DNA of 45,573 bases from NCBI GenBank assembly GCA_017477695.1, contig JAFUUR010000071.1:1-45573 (forward strand), given 5' to 3'. Below, one piece after another: positions 8,245-19,264 of this stretch. The notes beneath the pieces were generated by a model. The model did no database searches. It had not been told where the DNA came from and saw only the letters and a program-made list of their open reading frames with translations. The translations under genes were made by a program, and so were the position numbers. Numbering within the stretch: position 1 is the first letter of the stretch; every line of letters starts with the position of its first letter. This stretch comes from Oscillospiraceae bacterium. Lineage in GTDB: Bacteria > Bacillota > Clostridia > Oscillospirales > Oscillospiraceae.

Positions 8245-9138
8245 TCAGCGCCGCTGCATCTCGTTGTACTTGTTGACGATGCCGTGCAGCAGCTCCTGAT
8301 GCTCGAAGCTCTTGGGGTAGACGATGTTGATCTCGCGCACCATGCTGAGATTTTCGACCGTCAGCGCCGCGAGGCGGCCCTTCTTCACGTCGTCAATGCA
8401 GGCGCTGCGCGCGAGCACCGACACGCCGAAGCCGCGCTGGATGAGGTCCTTGATGGTGGCGATGCTGTCGATCTCCATCGTGACGTTGAAATCGTCCAGA
8501 CTCAGGTTGCGGCTCGCGAGCGAGGCGATGAAGAGGTTGCGGGTGTTGGAGTTGGGCAGGCGCAGGATCAGCTTTTCTTTTTTGAGCTGCTCGATGGTGA
8601 TGATGCCCTCTCCGGCCAGCGCGTGGTCGGGCGGTACGGCCACGACCAGACAGTCGGTATCGAGCATCATGTTGCTCAGACTCGGGTCGGCGGCCTTGCC
8701 CTCCATGAAGGCGAAATCAAGCTCGTAATTGCGCAGCATGGCGAAAAGGTTCGCGGTGGTATTGGTCAGGATGCGCAGGTTGAGCCCCTCAAACTTGCTG
8801 ATATACGCCGCCAGCGCCTCGATGATGGCGCTGCTCTCAGCCGTGTGGGTGATGCCGATGGTCAGCGAACGGATCTGATCCCGCTCATCGCGCAGGGCCT
8901 CCTCCATCTTGTTGTACAGCGCGATCATCCTGCGCGCGTACTGGACGACGATCTCCCCCTCGGGGGTGAGCTGGAACTTGTTGCGCGAGTGCTCGAAGAG
9001 CTTGACGTGCAGCGTCTCCTCGAGCTGTCGGATGTGTTGGCTCACGGCGGGCTGGGACAGCGAGAGCTGCCGGGCGGCCTTCGTATAGCTTCCGGTCTCG
9101 ACGATCTTGATCAGAGAATACAAACGGGTGTCGACCAT
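8245..9138 (-). CDS. LysR-family transcriptional regulator
   Basis: It has an N-terminal wHTH (SYTKAARQLSLSQPAVSQHIRQLE) and a LysR substrate-binding domain. The RBS is GGAAAGGAAG. Confidence 0.9.
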   Translation of the reverse strand: MVDTRLYSLIKIVETGSYTKAARQLSLSQPAVSQHIRQLEETLHVKLFEHSRNKFQLTPEGEIVVQYARRMIALYNKMEEALRDERDQIRSLTIGITHTAESSAIIEALAAYISKFEGLNLRILTNTTANLFAMLRNYELDFAFMEGKAADPSLSNMMLDTDCLVVAVPPDHALAGEGIITIEQLKKEKLILRLPNSNTRNLFIASLASRNLSLDDFNVTMEIDSIATIKDLIQRGFGVSVLARSACIDDVKKGRLAALTVENLSMVREINIVYPKSFEHQELLHGIVNKYNEMQRR

Positions 9139-9196
9139 AAAGAACTTCCTTTCCGTGCGGGCCGTCCCGCGGGAGGGCGGCGGCCGGGGCGTCGTA

Positions 9197-10606
9197 TCAG
9201 GCGGGCTGGGTGGCGGAGCTGCGGTCTTGCAGCTTGCCGCGGCGCTTGCCGCCGCTGCGGATGTAGGCGGCGAACAGAAGGTTCGCGACCACGCAGCACA
9301 GCGCGTCGGTGACGGGCGTGGCCAGGACGATGCCGTAGATGGGCAGCAGGCTGCTGAGCAGGAACATCAAGGGGATATCCACCAGGCCCTTGCGCAGCAT
9401 GGCGAGGAAGAAGGACTTCCGCCCCTCACCGGTGGCCTGGAAGAAGGAGATAAAGGTGTAGGCGCTGGCGGAGAACGGCCCGCCGACGCACAGGATGCGC
9501 AGGAAGGTCTCTCCGTAGGCGTGCGCGGGGGAGCTGCTGTGGATGAAGATACCGATCAGCGGCCGGGCGAAGACCAGGCTCACCGCCATACAGAGCGTCG
9601 CCGTGCCGACGGCCATGAGGTGGGACACGCGGATCGATGCGCGCATGCGCGACCAGTTCCCGGCGGCGTAGTTATAGCCGATCAGCGGCAGGGAGCCCTG
9701 CGCGATGCCGCGCACGATGCAGTGCGCCAGCATGTTGACCTTTTTGGCCACGCCGATGCCCGCCTGCATCGGCAGACCGGAGAAGCTCATCAGCTTGTCG
9801 AGGATCGCGTAGGAGATGTTCTCGCACAGCGTCATCACGCAGGCAGGGATCCCGGCGGCGAGGACGGCGGCGGGGATCTTATCCGCGAGGCAGGCCCGGG
9901 ACGGGCGGAACGCGAGGTGCGACCGCCTGCGCAGCCGCAGCAGGACGACGATGAAATACACGAGCGAGACGGCGTTCGAGAGCGTTGTCGCCAGGGCGGC
10001 GCCCAGCGCCTCGCGTCCGGGAGGCAGCAGCACGAACATGAACAGCGGGTCGAGCGCGATGTTCAGCACGCCGCCGAGCGCGATGCCGGCGCTCGCGTGC
10101 ATCGCCCGCCCCTCCGCGCGGATCAGATGCGAGAGCAGCACGCCGCTCGCCGTCACGGCGCCTCCGGCTACGACCGTGCAGTTGAGATACTCCACGGCGT
10201 TTTTGTGGACCTCGGGGTTCGTGCCGCCGAGCAGATCCACGAACAGATCCCGCGCCAGGTAGGCGAGGAGGGAGTAGCACAGCGCCGTGAACAGGCAGCC
10301 CCAAAAGGCGAAGGCGGCCGTGGAGCGCACGCGCGCCTCCTGCCCGGCGCCGAGGGCCCGGGAGATGACGCTCGCCCCGCCGACGCCGAAGAGATTGGAG
10401 ATCGCGGACAGGAACATGAAGGCCGGCATGCACACGGTGACGGCCGTCAGCATCGCGTCGTTCGCGGTGAGGCCGACGAAAAAGGTGTCCGCCATGTTGT
10501 AGATGACCAGGATGATCTGCCCCACGACGGTCGGGACGGCCATGCGGACGATCGCGGTCGTCACGCCGACCTGCTCGAACAGCTCGCGCTCTTTTGCCGC
10601 ATTCAT
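9197..10606 (-). CDS. MATE-family efflux transporter
   Basis: About 12 predicted TM segments with a typical MATE N-terminus (VGVTTAIVRMAVPTVVGQIILVIYNMADTFFVG). I prefer the start MNAAKEREL at 10606, which follows AGGGGG, over the track start at 10633. Confidence 0.88.
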   Translation of the reverse strand: MNAAKERELFEQVGVTTAIVRMAVPTVVGQIILVIYNMADTFFVGLTANDAMLTAVTVCMPAFMFLSAISNLFGVGGASVISRALGAGQEARVRSTAAFAFWGCLFTALCYSLLAYLARDLFVDLLGGTNPEVHKNAVEYLNCTVVAGGAVTASGVLLSHLIRAEGRAMHASAGIALGGVLNIALDPLFMFVLLPPGREALGAALATTLSNAVSLVYFIVVLLRLRRRSHLAFRPSRACLADKIPAAVLAAGIPACVMTLCENISYAILDKLMSFSGLPMQAGIGVAKKVNMLAHCIVRGIAQGSLPLIGYNYAAGNWSRMRASIRVSHLMAVGTATLCMAVSLVFARPLIGIFIHSSSPAHAYGETFLRILCVGGPFSASAYTFISFFQATGEGRKSFFLAMLRKGLVDIPLMFLLSSLLPIYGIVLATPVTDALCCVVANLLFAAYIRSGGKRRGKLQDRSSATQPA

Positions 10607-10840
10607 CGCATCAGCCCCCTTTTGTATAAACACTTGGCTGATACTATAGTATTGTCTCGGCGGGATAAAAGCAAATTAGACTTTCAGATTTATCCATAAT
10701 AAAAGCTTATATAATTGCCGTGCTTATCACGAAAAACCTGAAAATACGGGTGAATGGTCGCTAATGACCATATCGTTTCGTTATGGACACCTCGCAGAAT
10801 GTGATCCGCATAAAGAAAACGAATGACCGCGGCGCCCCGG

Positions 10841-10879
10841 AAAAGGCGCGGCCGCCGGCGGGAGTGTCCCGCCGGCGGC
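10841..10879 (-). terminator. Probable terminator after gdhA
   Basis: The minus strand reads GCCGCCGGCGGGA-cac-TCCCGCCGGCGGC, then cgcgccTTTT. The U-tract is displaced by 6 nt. Confidence 0.5.
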
Positions 10880-10910
10880 AAGGAGAAGGATCAACGTGCG
10901 CTTACGCGCC

Positions 10911-12351
<1,441 letters not shown>

Positions 12352-12434
12352 GAGGAAACACTGTTATTTATGAAACAAGCGGCCCCTATCCATGACGGTT
12401 CGTAATGGCATAAACGCCGAGCGGTCGGGAGCGC

Positions 12435-12463
12435 TTGTCAAACGGCGCGCAGGCGTGTAAAAT
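12435..12463 (+). promoter_or_regulatory. Promoter of the aldose epimerase gene
   Basis: TTGTCA, a 17-nt spacer, then TAAAAT, about 30 nt upstream of the RBS GGAGCGGAGG. Confidence 0.5.
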
Positions 12464-12493
12464 AACAGAAAAACGGGAGCGGAGGATAACGCG

Positions 12494-13405
12494 ATGATCG
12501 AAAAAACGCCTTTCGGCGCGTACGAGTTATATACGGCCGAAGAGGGGGACGTGCGCCTGCGGGTGACGAATCTGGGGGCGAGCGTCGTCAGCCTGCGGTT
12601 TCGCGGGCGCGAGACGGTGCTGGGCTATGACGATCCCTCGCTCTACCTGGAGAAGGACGCGTATCTCGGCGCTGCGATCGGCCGCTACGCCAACCGCATC
12701 GGCGGCGCGGCTTTTCCGCTCAACGGCGTGCTCTGCCGCGTGACGCCCAATGAGGGCGCAAACCAGCTTCACGGCGGGCCGGCCTCCTACGACAAGCGCC
12801 CCTGGCGTGTCGCGGCCGCGGAGGACGCGCTGCGCTTCGAGCTGGACTCTCCGGATGGGGACAACGGCTTTCCGGGCGCACTGCGCGCGGCGGTCACCTA
12901 CACCCTCCTGCAGGACGGTCTGCGCGTGGACTACGAGGCGGACTGTGATTCGGATACGGTCTACGCGCCGACGAGCCATCTCTATTTTGACCTCAGCGGC
13001 CGCGGCAGCTCGCTGGACGCAAGGCTGCGCGTAAACGCGGATCGGGTGGTCGAGACGGGTGAGGGGCTGATCCCGACGGGGAGGCTGCTGCCCGCCGAAG
13101 GGCGCTTTGATTTCCGCGCCCTGCGTGTCGTCGCTGAGGATTACGACGACTGCTTCGTCCTCAACGGGGAGGACTGCTGCACGCTCGAGGACGGAGGACT
13201 GCGCATGGACGTGCGCACGGATCTCCCGGCGGTACAGATCTATACGGGGACCTTCCTGCCCGCGCCGCACGCGGCGCGCCGGGGCCTCGCCATCGAGCCG
13301 GAGTTTTTCCCGGACAGCCCCAACCACCCGGAATTCCCCTCCACGCTGCTGCGCGCGGGGGAGCGCTTCCACCGCTGGGCGGAATTCCGCTTCCGGGAGC
13401 TTTGA
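12494..13405 (+). CDS. Aldose 1-epimerase family protein (galactose mutarotase-like)
   Basis: Motifs GRYANRIGGAAFPLNG and NQLHGG, plus a conserved C-terminal IEPEFFPDSPNHPEF-type segment. Confidence 0.85.
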   Translation: MIEKTPFGAYELYTAEEGDVRLRVTNLGASVVSLRFRGRETVLGYDDPSLYLEKDAYLGAAIGRYANRIGGAAFPLNGVLCRVTPNEGANQLHGGPASYDKRPWRVAAAEDALRFELDSPDGDNGFPGALRAAVTYTLLQDGLRVDYEADCDSDTVYAPTSHLYFDLSGRGSSLDARLRVNADRVVETGEGLIPTGRLLPAEGRFDFRALRVVAEDYDDCFVLNGEDCCTLEDGGLRMDVRTDLPAVQIYTGTFLPAPHAARRGLAIEPEFFPDSPNHPEFPSTLLRAGERFHRWAEFRFREL

Positions 13406-13419
13406 ACCGATACGTGAGC

Positions 13420-13457
13420 AAAAGGCCGCACGGTGCGCGCGCACCGTGCGGCCTTTT
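13420..13457. terminator. Bidirectional terminator between convergent genes
   Basis: AAAA-GGCCGCACGGTGCGC/GCGCACCGTGCGGCC-TTTT (15-bp arms). Confidence 0.85.
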
Positions 13458-13471
13458 GACGTTTTATGGGT

Positions 13472-15355
13472 TTACTTGCCGATCTGCTCCAGATCCTGCA
13501 GGAACAGGGCGTTCTCCGCGTCGGAGGGGATGAGGAAGCCGTCGCGCGGGGAGACGGTGAAGGCCTCGACCGCGGGACCGTCCATCAGGCAGCTGCGCTT
13601 GAACTGCTGGCTGAAGAGACGCTTGCAGTAGCTGGTGAGCCAGCGTACGAGCTCCTCGTCGGTGAATTCGTTCGCGTAGGCGATCTTCGCCAGGCGGAAG
13701 GTCTTGGACGGCGTGAAGCCGCAGATGAGCATCTTGTGCGTGAAGAAGTCCTGCAGGCTGTAGGAGCCGACGGCGTCCTCGCTCTTCTGCTCGATCTGAT
13801 CGTCGTGGATGGGCAGCAGCTCCGGCGTGACGGGGCAGTCCAGCACGTCGTACAGGGCGGCCTTGAGGGTCATATCCTCGGTGGTGTCGGCGATGTAGCG
13901 GACGTTTGCGCGCACCTGGGTCTTGGTCAGACCGAGGTTCACGTCGTACATGCTGGTGTGGTCGCCGTTGTAGGTGCACCAGCCGTCAATGAACTCGCTC
14001 AGATCCTCGGTGCCGACGTCAAGGCCGTTGACCTTGTTGGCGATATCCATGAGCACCTGCGTGCGCTCGCGGGCCTGGGCGTTCTCAAAGGCGATGGAGT
14101 AGTCGTCGTGGGCGTGGCCGATGTCGTCGAAGTGCTGGTAGACACTCTTGCCGATATCGATCACGCGGACCTCCGCGCCCATCTGCTCGGCCACGATGAT
14201 GGCGTTGGACTTGGTGCGCGAGGAGGTGCCGAAGCAGGGCAGCGTGCAGGCCACGACGTTCGTGGACGGCAAGCCCATCTTCTTGACCGCCATGGCGCAG
14301 ACCATGACGCACAGCGTGGAGTCCACGCCGCCGGAGATGCCGACCACGCAGTGGTCGAGCCCGGCGTACTCCATGCGCTTTACGAGACTGGAGACCTGGA
14401 TATCCAGCATGCGCCGGCAGTAGCCGGGCAGCTCCTCCGCCGTTGCGGGCAGATGGGGATGCATGAGGTACTTGCGGGTCAGGCGCGTGGTGACGGCCTT
14501 CCGGCCCCACTGGAAGAGGCTGTGCTCCTCGTCCCAGCCGTAGGCCCCGGCGGCCATGCGCAGGTTCATCATGTGCTGCACGTCGATCTCGCTGACGGCG
14601 AGGCTGTTCTCACCCTCCTCGGCGGCAAGGATCTGCCCGTTCTCGGCGACCAGGCACAGGCCGGAGTAGGCGCGGTCGGTGCTGCTCTCGCCCTTGCCGG
14701 GCGCGGCCAGCACGACGCCCGCGGCGTAGTGGCGGGATTCGTAGCGCACGTTCAGCTCCGCCTCGTCCCGGGAGGTGACGGTCTGGGGGAAGGCGGCCAT
14801 CTGGGCGAGCACCGTGGCGCCGGCCTGCGCATGGCGGGCAAAGGGCGGCACGATGGCGTCGGCGTCGGCGCCAAGCTCCACGGCGACCTTCAGATCCGGC
14901 ATGGCGGCGTGCTCAAACAGCGCGTCCTGTGCAAGGGTCACCTGCTGCCCGCACAGCTCCACGTCCTCGGCGTCCCAGGAGGGGGCGGCGAAATGCCCGG
15001 CGGCCTCCTGCCGCGGGATCAGCGCCAGCAGCTCCCCGCCGCAGATCGCGGCGGCCACGCTGTACAGGCGGGACTTGTGCTCGTAGGGCAGGCCCACGAA
15101 GGCCAGCAGATCCGTGTCCGCGGTCGCTTCCACGACGGCGGCCAGCGCCTTCTTCGCACCGTCCAGGAGCACGCGGTGGGTGAACAGGTCGTAGCAACTG
15201 CAGCCGGTCAGCGTCAGCTCCGGGAAGACCAGGACCTTTACGCCCTGCCTGTCGGCCTCCTTGATGCAGTCGATCACGCGCTGCGCGTTGTTGTTTGCGT
15301 CTGCGACCTTGATGACCGGCGCAGCCGCGGCGACTTTGACAAAACCATCTTTCAT
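13472..15355 (-). CDS. nadE: Glutamine-dependent NAD+ synthetase (CN-hydrolase domain plus NAD synthetase domain)
   Basis: It starts at MKDGFVKVAAAAPVIKVAD (ATG at 15355, RBS AAAGGAAG). It has an N-terminal nitrilase-like domain and the ATP-pyrophosphatase motif VVGISGGVDSTL. Confidence 0.9.
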   Translation of the reverse strand: MKDGFVKVAAAAPVIKVADANNNAQRVIDCIKEADRQGVKVLVFPELTLTGCSCYDLFTHRVLLDGAKKALAAVVEATADTDLLAFVGLPYEHKSRLYSVAAAICGGELLALIPRQEAAGHFAAPSWDAEDVELCGQQVTLAQDALFEHAAMPDLKVAVELGADADAIVPPFARHAQAGATVLAQMAAFPQTVTSRDEAELNVRYESRHYAAGVVLAAPGKGESSTDRAYSGLCLVAENGQILAAEEGENSLAVSEIDVQHMMNLRMAAGAYGWDEEHSLFQWGRKAVTTRLTRKYLMHPHLPATAEELPGYCRRMLDIQVSSLVKRMEYAGLDHCVVGISGGVDSTLCVMVCAMAVKKMGLPSTNVVACTLPCFGTSSRTKSNAIIVAEQMGAEVRVIDIGKSVYQHFDDIGHAHDDYSIAFENAQARERTQVLMDIANKVNGLDVGTEDLSEFIDGWCTYNGDHTSMYDVNLGLTKTQVRANVRYIADTTEDMTLKAALYDVLDCPVTPELLPIHDDQIEQKSEDAVGSYSLQDFFTHKMLICGFTPSKTFRLAKIAYANEFTDEELVRWLTSYCKRLFSQQFKRSCLMDGPAVEAFTVSPRDGFLIPSDAENALFLQDLEQIGK

Positions 15356-15410
15356 ACGTACGACTTCCTTTATTATAATTTTTATAGTTATCGCTGACGG
15401 CGATCGAAGA

Positions 15411-17270
15411 TCACCGGGGGACTGCAAAGTGTTTGTCACGGTAGTATTCCAGCCAGCGCAGATCCCGCAGCGCGAGATCGGCCTGTTCGCCGGGAGCGCG
15501 GGTATAGAGCCCGTCCTCAAAATAATAACCGCCCGTGTGGATGACCGGCAGGCGCTGCCAGGTCTGTGCGGATAGCTGCATGTACCGGTCGCCCGGCCAG
15601 CCGAGCTGGTCGAACAGCACCTTCATCAGATACCCGGGGCTGACCGTGGGGCCTTCGCCGCTCAAGTCGCTGCCGAGCAGCGCGCGGGCGGCGTCGTTCG
15701 CCCAGATCAGATAGGTGGTGGAGTAGTAGTTGATAAAGCCCGTCTCCTCGGTGAGCTTGAGATCCACGCCGAGCTCGTGATAGACGGAATTGCCGTCGCC
15801 GAGCCAGGGCTTGTGGTCGCCGTAGACGAGCATGACGACCGGCGCGCGGTCTTCGCGCAGCGTCTCGGCCGTCTCCCAGAGCAGGGAAGCGGTCTCCCGG
15901 ACGGAGCCGAGGTAGTTGTTCATCACGAAGCGGGTCTCGTCGCTGTGACCCTCCCCGGGCCAGAGCAACTCGTCATAGACGTATTCGCTCGTGCTGTATG
16001 GGCCGTGCCCCTGCATGGTGACGTTGAACGAGAAGACCGGCTGCCCGCCGTGCGCATAGCGCAGGAACTGCCGCGTGATCTCGGGGAAGACCACGGCGTC
16101 GCTGCGCACGGGATCCGGCAGATCCGTGATCAGCTCTTCGTAGTGCCCGTCGCGGTACCAATAGTCCGCAAAGCCCAGATAGCGGTTGATGTTGACGCGG
16201 TTATAGAAGCTGCCGTAGTTCGGATGATTGCCGACGGTGACGTAACCCTGCCCGTCGAGATACCACACGTAGGAGGGGGCGGCGGCGCGGTAGTCGTGCA
16301 TATAGGTACTGCCGGTAAGAAAGCAGCGCTCGGTGTTCACCGTGCCGCCGGCAAAGACGTTGGCGACCAGCGTGCCGGAGAGGCTCTCGTCCCGCAGACG
16401 GTAGAAGTCCTCGTACGCTTTTTCGGAGATGCCTTCGATGCCGAGCGTGTTCAGATCGCTGAAGGCTTCGAGCTGGAAGACCAGGAGGTTCACCCTGCGG
16501 TCGGCGGGGACGTCGCCGTCCTGCACGGTGGACAGGCGCGCCTCCACGGCGGCGTCGTTATAGCCCTCGGGCGCGCGCTGCACGTTTTCGCCGATGCTGT
16601 GCAGGAACTGGTAGAGAAAGCCCTTGGAGACCTGATACTGCTGCGTCCAACCGTCGACCACGTGGGTGGAGCTTGCGGCGCGGCTGTAATAGAGCGCGTC
16701 GCTTCCATAGACGAAGCGCCACAGCGGATAGAGCGACAGCAGGAGCAGCACCGCGAAGGCGCGGCGGCTGAACCGGTGCAGACGGCCGCGGGCGAAGAGC
16801 AGCAGGATCACCGTACCGAGCACCACGAAGGCGATGCTCAGCAGGATGCGCACGTTCGGCGTCAGGTCGTAATTGCCCGCGATGCGTATGCCCGCGGAGA
16901 TGGACGTGACGTCCGAGAACAAAAACGGCTCGCTGCGGAATTTGAGCTTGTAAAAATCCCCGACGGACGCCGTGATGAACACCAGCGCGGTACCGAGGAA
17001 GGCCAGCCACTGGCGGTTGAACAGGCACAGCAGCAGAAGCTGGAAGAGCAGGATCGGCAGCCAGTTGAGCAGGAAGAGCAACGGGTGCAGAAAATAGTCG
17101 TAAAACAGGGGGAGATCCATCATCCCGATGCCGAGCAGCAGGCTCAGCACGCACAGCCCGGCCGACGAGAGCAGCAGCGCCGCGGCATTCCACAGATAAA
17201 ACAGTACGCGGCTGCCGGCTCCCGGCAGGTCTTTGGGCCTGTGGGCGAATGGGAAAGCGGTTTTGCTCAT
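15411..17270 (-). CDS. LtaS/sulfatase-family membrane (phospho)transferase, paralog A
   Basis: It has an N-terminal multi-TM block and an extracytoplasmic alkaline-phosphatase-superfamily domain. Metal and nucleophile motifs are VFQLEAFSD, GGTVNTERCF and YGDHKPW. The RBS is GGAGGT. Confidence 0.85.
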   Translation of the reverse strand: MSKTAFPFAHRPKDLPGAGSRVLFYLWNAAALLLSSAGLCVLSLLLGIGMMDLPLFYDYFLHPLLFLLNWLPILLFQLLLLCLFNRQWLAFLGTALVFITASVGDFYKLKFRSEPFLFSDVTSISAGIRIAGNYDLTPNVRILLSIAFVVLGTVILLLFARGRLHRFSRRAFAVLLLLSLYPLWRFVYGSDALYYSRAASSTHVVDGWTQQYQVSKGFLYQFLHSIGENVQRAPEGYNDAAVEARLSTVQDGDVPADRRVNLLVFQLEAFSDLNTLGIEGISEKAYEDFYRLRDESLSGTLVANVFAGGTVNTERCFLTGSTYMHDYRAAAPSYVWYLDGQGYVTVGNHPNYGSFYNRVNINRYLGFADYWYRDGHYEELITDLPDPVRSDAVVFPEITRQFLRYAHGGQPVFSFNVTMQGHGPYSTSEYVYDELLWPGEGHSDETRFVMNNYLGSVRETASLLWETAETLREDRAPVVMLVYGDHKPWLGDGNSVYHELGVDLKLTEETGFINYYSTTYLIWANDAARALLGSDLSGEGPTVSPGYLMKVLFDQLGWPGDRYMQLSAQTWQRLPVIHTGGYYFEDGLYTRAPGEQADLALRDLRWLEYYRDKHFAVPR

Positions 17271-17352
17271 AGAGACCTCCGGGTCCGCCGTGCGTGAAGT
17301 CCGTCACGGCGGTGATGCGTTGCGGAAAGGCGCGCGATCGGCGCGCGGACAC

Positions 17353-19233
17353 TTATTTCATGCTGCCGCGCAGCCAGAACTGTTCGCAGCCGTACTCCTG
17401 CAGCAGGCGGCGGCCCTCGTCGTCGAGCGCCGTCACGGGGCGGCCGTTCTCCACGAAGAAGCCGTTCGTGCTGACGACCGGGAGCGTATCGAGGATGCCG
17501 TCAGTATACTGCATGAAGGCGCTCCCCGTCCAGCCCAATTCCCGGAACACCACGTTGAGCAGGTAACCGGGGCTGACCGTGGGGCCCTCGCCGGTGAAGT
17601 CTCTGCCGAGCAGGGCCTTCGCCGCGTCGTTTGCCCAGATCAGATAGGGCGTGCCGTAGTAGCGGATGAGGCCCTCCGCGCTGGACTGATCCAGCGGGAT
17701 CCCGGCCTCCTCATAGACCGAGCGGGTCTCCAGCCAGGGGTTGTGGTCGCCGTATAGCAGCACGACCGCGGGCTCCGCGTCGGTGCGCAGCGCCTCCAGC
17801 TCCGGCATGAGCCGGCGCTGCGTGTCGGCAAGGGAGCCGAGATAGTTATTGATCACGTTGCGCGTCAGCTCCGAGGCGCCCTCGCCTTCCCAATAGAGCT
17901 CGTCGAAGACCAGACTTCCGCGCTCGTAGGGACTGTGCCCCTGGAGACTCACGTTGAAGGAGAAGACGCTGCCCTCCCGCTCGTGCTCCTTGAACAGTCG
18001 GAAGATCTCGGGGATGAACACGTCGTCGCACATCCAGTCCCACTCGCCGTCCACGAGCGCGGCGTAGTGGTTGTTGGTGAAAAGATACTCGTCGAAGCCG
18101 AGGTAGCTGTTGATGCTCAGACGATTGTAGAAATCGGCCTTGTTGGGGTGGCTGCCGGTGGTGAAGTAGCCCTGGCCGTTGAAATAGCGCACGTAGCTGG
18201 GGGCGTTATGCGTGTAGTCCATCATGCCATAGCTGCCGGAGAGCAGGCAGCGCTCGGTGTCGATGGTGCCGCCGCCGATGACGTTGGCTACCATCGTCCC
18301 GGTGATGCTCTCCGCCTGCAGCGCGCGCAGGACCTCGTAGGTCTCCGGCGCAACGCCCTGCAGGCCCATGGCCTCCAGGTCGGTGAAGGACTCCAACTGC
18401 ACCACGAGCAGATTGACGCGCCTGTCTGCCGGAATGTCGGCGTCCTCGTAGGCGGCGAGGACGGCGGCAGCGCGCTCCGCGTCGTAGCCCTCGGGCGGGA
18501 TGTCCTTGCTCTCGGTGATGCTGTAAAGGAACGGGTAGACGAAGCCGAGGTTCACGAAACGCTCCTGCGCGGTGATGATGCCGATGTTGTTGTTGCGGTT
18601 GGTGTTGCGGTCGTAGATCGCCGTGCTGGAGTAGACGAAGCGCCACAGCGGGAACACCGGCAGCAGCGCCAGCACGGCGGCGCCCAGCCGGAGCCTGCCG
18701 GAAAGGCGCCCGCGGGCGAGCAGGGCGATCAGCACCAGCAGCGTCGGCACCGCGATCAGGACGAGCAGGATGCGCTTGTTCGGGCTGAGGTCGTAGTTGC
18801 CGGCGACGTGCAGCGCCGTGGTGATCGAGCTGATATCGCGGAAAACGAAGGGCTCGTAGCGTACGCGCAGCTTGTAGTAATTGCCGAGCGAGGGCAGGAG
18901 AAACAGCACGGCGGCGCCCAGATAGGCGGCCCACTGGCGGTTGAAGAGGCACAGCAGCAGAAGCTGCACGAGCAGGATCGGCAGCCAGTTGAGCAGGAAG
19001 ATCACGAAGTGCTTATAGTAGCCGAAAAACTCCGCCCAGTCGTAATTGCCGATGGCCAGCAGCAGGCTGAACGTGCACAGCGCCGCAGACGAGAGCAGCA
19101 GCGCTGCGGCGTTCCAGCCGTAAAAAAGGGCGCGCTGACCGCCCGGCGGCAGCTCGTTTGCGTACCGCGCCCGAAGAAAGGCGGCCGCCCGTGCGGGCGC
19201 AGTCGAAGCGGTATGTGGGGAAGCGTTGTTCAT
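17353..19233 (-). CDS. LtaS/sulfatase-family membrane (phospho)transferase, paralog B
   Basis: Same architecture as A. Motifs are VVQLESFTD, GGTIDTERCL and YGDHNPW. It is closest to paralog A. Confidence 0.85.
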   Translation of the reverse strand: MNNASPHTASTAPARAAAFLRARYANELPPGGQRALFYGWNAAALLLSSAALCTFSLLLAIGNYDWAEFFGYYKHFVIFLLNWLPILLVQLLLLCLFNRQWAAYLGAAVLFLLPSLGNYYKLRVRYEPFVFRDISSITTALHVAGNYDLSPNKRILLVLIAVPTLLVLIALLARGRLSGRLRLGAAVLALLPVFPLWRFVYSSTAIYDRNTNRNNNIGIITAQERFVNLGFVYPFLYSITESKDIPPEGYDAERAAAVLAAYEDADIPADRRVNLLVVQLESFTDLEAMGLQGVAPETYEVLRALQAESITGTMVANVIGGGTIDTERCLLSGSYGMMDYTHNAPSYVRYFNGQGYFTTGSHPNKADFYNRLSINSYLGFDEYLFTNNHYAALVDGEWDWMCDDVFIPEIFRLFKEHEREGSVFSFNVSLQGHSPYERGSLVFDELYWEGEGASELTRNVINNYLGSLADTQRRLMPELEALRTDAEPAVVLLYGDHNPWLETRSVYEEAGIPLDQSSAEGLIRYYGTPYLIWANDAAKALLGRDFTGEGPTVSPGYLLNVVFRELGWTGSAFMQYTDGILDTLPVVSTNGFFVENGRPVTALDDEGRRLLQEYGCEQFWLRGSMK

Positions 19234-19264
19234 AGATCAGAGATCCCTTCGTGCGGGACTGTGC

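Noticed and set aside
10690-10881. A 63-aa minus-strand ORF in the MATE-gdhA intergenic region.
   Set aside because: It has no RBS, it overlaps the gdhA terminator hairpin and the MATE promoter region, and its composition is not protein-like.
13454-13470. A shared sequence TTTTGACGTTT(T)ATG immediately after two unrelated bidirectional terminators (13454-13470 and 43899-43914).
   Set aside because: It is only about 13 nt, partly made of the terminator T-tract, and in both cases lies just before the stop of a convergent gene. It is most simply coincidence. Only a genome-wide count of the motif could show otherwise.
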